A DNA stretch of 64,000 nucleotides from assembly GCA_030390025.1 (NCBI GenBank), contig CM059430.1, forward strand, positions 125,426,001 through 125,490,000. Reading direction: 5' to 3'. Below, one piece after another: positions 63,550 to 64,000 of this stretch; positions within the stretch are counted from its first letter, which is position 1, and every line of letters begins with the position of its first letter. The notes beneath the pieces were generated by a model, which was not told the DNA's origin, did no database searches, and saw nothing but the letters and a program-made list of their open reading frames with translations. Both the position numbers and the translations under genes were made by a program. The stretch comes from Squalus acanthias (taxonomy: Eukaryota).

Positions 63550-64000
63550 GGGCGGAAAAATTCGGTCGCGCCCCCTTTGGGGTGCTAACTTTGCCGGGGT
63601 GCTACTTTTAGCGCCCCGAAAAAGTTAGCGCCCCCCGCGCCGTAAATTGAGTGGTACCGCCCCAAGCAGGATGCGGGGCACTACTGGAAGCGCTCCCCCT
63701 CCTTCCTGGGGCGCTACCATTCAATATTGTGGCACTACGTGCAACAGCGTCACACATGTCGGCACGTAGCACCGCGTCATTGCAGGCCTACCTCCCCGAT
63801 TAAAGGGGAGGAGCCTAGCGCAGCGCGCACCGGGGCCCTGCTGAACCACAAGGGAGCAGGAAAACAGCCCAGCGCTCAAGAGGAGGGCCAGGCTGACTGA
63901 TCGCGGCCGGCAGCCCGCACGAGGAAGCGGAAGGGGGCAGATGCTGGCACCTGCCCTTTAATTAGCGCTGCCACAGCCGCAAAAACACCACCCTGACCCT
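63550..64000. mobile_element. Left end of a CpG-rich Harbinger-like element (runs off the window)
   Basis: GGGCGGAAAAATTCGGT terminus and repeated GGGGCGCTA/TAGCGCCCC subterminal motifs, as in the 48593 MITE. Confidence 0.65.

Overview
Vertebrate genomic DNA, almost certainly from a cartilaginous fish (inferred from the CR1/L2 LINEs, Deu-domain and LF-SINE-like SINEs, Penelope-like elements and Harbinger MITEs). The only host gene is a minus-strand DLC-family RhoGAP, best matching STARD8/DLC3. I could reconstruct 11 GT-AG coding exons (38055 to 2902, 2661 nt = 887 codons, all phases compatible). They encode the SAM domain, the Ser-rich focal-adhesion region, the RhoGAP domain and the start of START; the last START exons lie beyond the left edge. 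The rest is intronic or upstream DNA dense in mobile-element relics. Most notable: (1) a dispersed set of minimal hammerhead-ribozyme motifs, comprising one in the pLTR of a truncated Penelope RT/GIY-YIG element, several solo pLTR pieces, and two ~200-bp hairpin elements with head-to-head ribozyme cores and 13-14 bp target duplications; (2) a PIF/Harbinger ecosystem of transposase and Myb/SANT relics plus many MITEs; (3) two CpG-rich minisatellites, a candidate alternative first exon and a FOX:ETS motif cluster. Repeat boundaries were read by eye and are approximate; exon boundaries were read base by base. Family comparisons are from memory, not from database searches.
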